A stretch of DNA of 61,508 nt, filler included, from Globobulimina sp. (taxonomy: Eukaryota): the NCBI GenBank assembly GCA_003354225.1. It is 12 parts of 12 records of this genome, joined end to end, with 100 filler letters (N's around TTAATTAATTAA, not from the genome) between each part and the next. Parts side by side here need not be neighbours in the genome. Positions count along the whole stretch, not along the records: positions 56,490 to 61,508 come from PIVH01000770.1; 11 more parts are not named here. The stretch is one strand, 5' to 3'. The position numbers and the translations under genes are program-made. How positions within the stretch are numbered: the stretch's first letter is position 1; each line of letters opens with the position of its first letter. Shown here piece by piece: positions 59,401-61,508 of the stretch. The notes beneath the pieces were generated by a model. It was given only the letters and a program-made list of their open reading frames with translations. It searched no databases and was not told the origin of the DNA.

Positions 59401-60222
59401 AAGAAGCCAGAGAATGTGCGCGATTTTACCCAACGTATAAAAGAAAAGTATGATGGCGCAAAAGTAATAAATTCGGCGGCGCCAATTGATGCATTGTACA
59501 GCGATGACGATATAAAAAACGAGCGTCCATTTATACAAATCACCACTTTGACCGCGTCGTCTGTGGAAGAATTGAATGGAGGCGAATTTAAATGGGATTG
59601 TTTACCATATTCGTCGGCGCCATTACGATTAAAAAAATATTATCGTCAAAACGAGACAAATACCTATTTTTATACAAATGCAACGCAGAAAAAGAAAAAC
59701 AAAAAAGATAATGAATTCCGTAGTTTGTGGATCACAAAAACATTTATTGTCTGTCAAGATATTATTCCATCGATGAGACGAAGGATCCCTGTGATCGATG
59801 AAAAAATTGTGGAATACACACCGTTTCAAACTGCGATTAATAATCTAAGCAACAAAAACGAAGACATTTTAAAAATTATCGAGACGCTCGAAAATGATCC
59901 GACAAAATCGACCAATGATATTTCTATGAATTTAAATGGCATTTTGGATGCCGCCGTCATGGGCGGCGTCGCAAAATATAGAGAAGCTTTTTTTGATGGT
60001 ACATATTTAAATCAATTCCCCGAAGAAACTGAAATTGTTCCAAAATTTGTCACTACATTAAAGCAACAAATGCAAATTGCTAAAAATGGTTTGGACGCCT
60101 ACGATAAGTATGCGATTGATGCGTTGCAACCACATATTGATCATTTAAAATCTTGTTATAAGAAACAAATCATTGCATTATCTGATTTTTATAAAGAAAC
60201 ACAAAAATATTCTACAATGTAA
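56490..60222 (+). CDS. DOCK-family guanine nucleotide exchange factor (DHR2), 5'-partial
   Basis: 'YNRYIHHL..MH...NHIEAA', 'GEHWEMG', 'FVYR', 'FIQIT', 'LNGILDAAVMGGVAKYREAF'; intron 56823-56874. Confidence 0.92.
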
Positions 60223-60374
60223 ATGTAAATATAAAAATATTTTAATTTTAAGCTTGTTCTTTCTTTTTTTGTAACTGTTTCAATTTTTTTGTTCATCACT
60301 TTGTCTCGAAAACGGAAAACATTTAACGAGTAAGTTCGATCCTAGTCATCCTACAGTTGGAGTTTCGTTTCATT

Positions 60375-60547
60375 GATGACTAGCTCACTTCAAGAAAATC
60401 TAATATCAGGGTTTTTAACTTTATTGCATAGATTTGTCTCTTCTTAGTTCTTGCATATGCCAGAATCCTGGAAAAATCTATCCTTGCACTGTCGTCTATG
60501 AGGTGAGAACCCTGATATTAAGATTTTCTTCAAGTGAGCTAGTCATC
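60375..60547. mobile_element. MITE with 39/40-bp TIRs and an exact 7-bp TSD (TTTCATT)
   Basis: GATGACTAGCTCACTTCAAGAAAATCTAATATCAGGGTT (60375-60413) is inverted at 60508-60547. TTTCATT at 60368-60374 and 60548-60554. A third, unpaired TIR lies at 60597-60633. Confidence 0.88.
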
Positions 60548-61288
60548 TTTCATTTCTTAAAGTTTTTGAAGAAGGTTTTCACATTTTCATAATATTGATG
60601 ACTAGCTCACTTCAAAAAAATCTTAATATCAGGCTCATACACGAGAAATGTTTAGAAATATTTGACTTTTTAGGTTCACACTTGTAAACACTTCTTTTGT
60701 GATTGACTAAGTTTTTTGATTGTTGATTGTAAAATTGTTGATTGTTGATTTTTGATTTTTGATTCTTCTGACTTTAATAACCTCTTTTTTTATATTCCAT
60801 TTTATACCGGTAATATTTCCTCTCTCTGTATGATAATATATATGAAATCCACTCAATTCATAATAAATTATGACAAGTTCATATTTCAAAAAATTTCGTA
60901 AATTATACATAATATGAAATTTACAGAAATTGATATTTGTTGAAGTTTTGCAGAAATTGTACTTTTGAAGGTTTTGAAGCTTTTTAACAAATCAAGATAT
61001 TTACATTTTTGTGAAATTCAACAAAAAAAAGGGATAGAAGGCATCGAAAATGGTAATATCATACTGATACCCAAATGTAAATGGTTGTATCAATTGCAAA
61101 ATTTAATTTTTTTCAATTTTTTTTTTTTACAAATCACAGCACATAAAAAACTACTGTACTGTAATGCCAACTAAGTTCGGAGCTTTAAAAGTTAGAAACC
61201 CTTCTTTGTTTAATACCGAAGGGCTTTAGCTGCAAGCGTTCCAAAAAGTGATGAGAAGTTGAGAAGTTGAGATGTTTAAAGGTTTATG

Positions 61289-61347
61289 TAAAGATTTTGA
61301 CGCTCAACTAATTTCTGTGATCATGCTCTACTTTTAAAAAAACATAC
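61289..61347 (+). mobile_element. Partial copy of the 19690-19798 MITE
   Basis: TAAAGATTTTGACGCTCAACT is the exact reverse complement of the right TIR of 19690-19798; internal sequence aligns up to AAACATAC. Confidence 0.8.
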
Positions 61348-61508
61348 TTTTTTTTTTTTTTTTCTAGGGACTACTAAAAATTGCAAGGAGTTTATAACAT
61401 ATGTACTTAACTGACTAACGTGTTTTTGTTTTTTTTTACAGGATGTGTTCGTCTTGTTACAATTGAGAACCTAACCCCATATAGTATGTACTACTAACAT
61501 CAATGAAA

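Noticed and set aside
57189-59829. Many antisense ORFs inside DOCK and other long genes
   Set aside because: Shadow ORFs of the coding strand with no motifs.
61467-61478. ACCTAACCCC telomere-like word near the window end
   Set aside because: A single imperfect unit, not a tandem array.

Overview
This is not one locus. It is 12 unrelated, size-sorted contigs of about 5.0 kb (5048 down to 5019 bp) joined by an artificial 100-nt linker (44 N + TTAATTAATTAA + 44 N). Contigs: 1-5048, 5149-10193, 10294-15337, 15438-20477, 20578-25613, 25714-30749, 30850-35881, 35982-41012, 41113-46141, 46242-51266, 51367-56389, 56490-61508. Gene neighbourhoods across linkers therefore mean nothing. The DNA is AT-rich, gene-dense eukaryotic nuclear DNA with short GT-AG introns (most I could reconstruct are about 50-120 nt) and the standard code. 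The gene repertoire (many 7TM receptors, Cys-rich PT-repeat surface proteins, HSPA12, VIT, BTB, SAM, SPRY) suggests a foraminiferan or other rhizarian protist; this is inference. Recognisable genes: TAF5, a DOCK-family GEF, a Rab8/Rab1-like GTPase, chitin synthase, a REJ-GAIN/GPS-7TM adhesion receptor, an HpcH/HpaI aldolase, a CaiB/AMACR CoA-transferase, an HSL-type alpha/beta hydrolase, a GHL15-like protein, an EEP phosphatase, an FAD oxidoreductase and HSPA12. Intergenic DNA holds several MITE/foldback families and pseudogenes. The best candidate for something new is a roughly 135-nt element present twice in contig 3 (10320-10456 minus, 13861-13994 plus). Its substitutions preserve a three-way-junction RNA fold on one strand, it ends in oligo-T, it matches no RNA family I recognise, and each copy sits beside a decayed copy of an unknown ORF. 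Other signals: ORF-breaking micro-insertions bounded by 11-bp direct repeats, A-rich 3' splice regions without a polypyrimidine tract, and a recurrent AAAGTTT motif upstream of start codons. All product calls come from motif recognition by eye; no searches were run.
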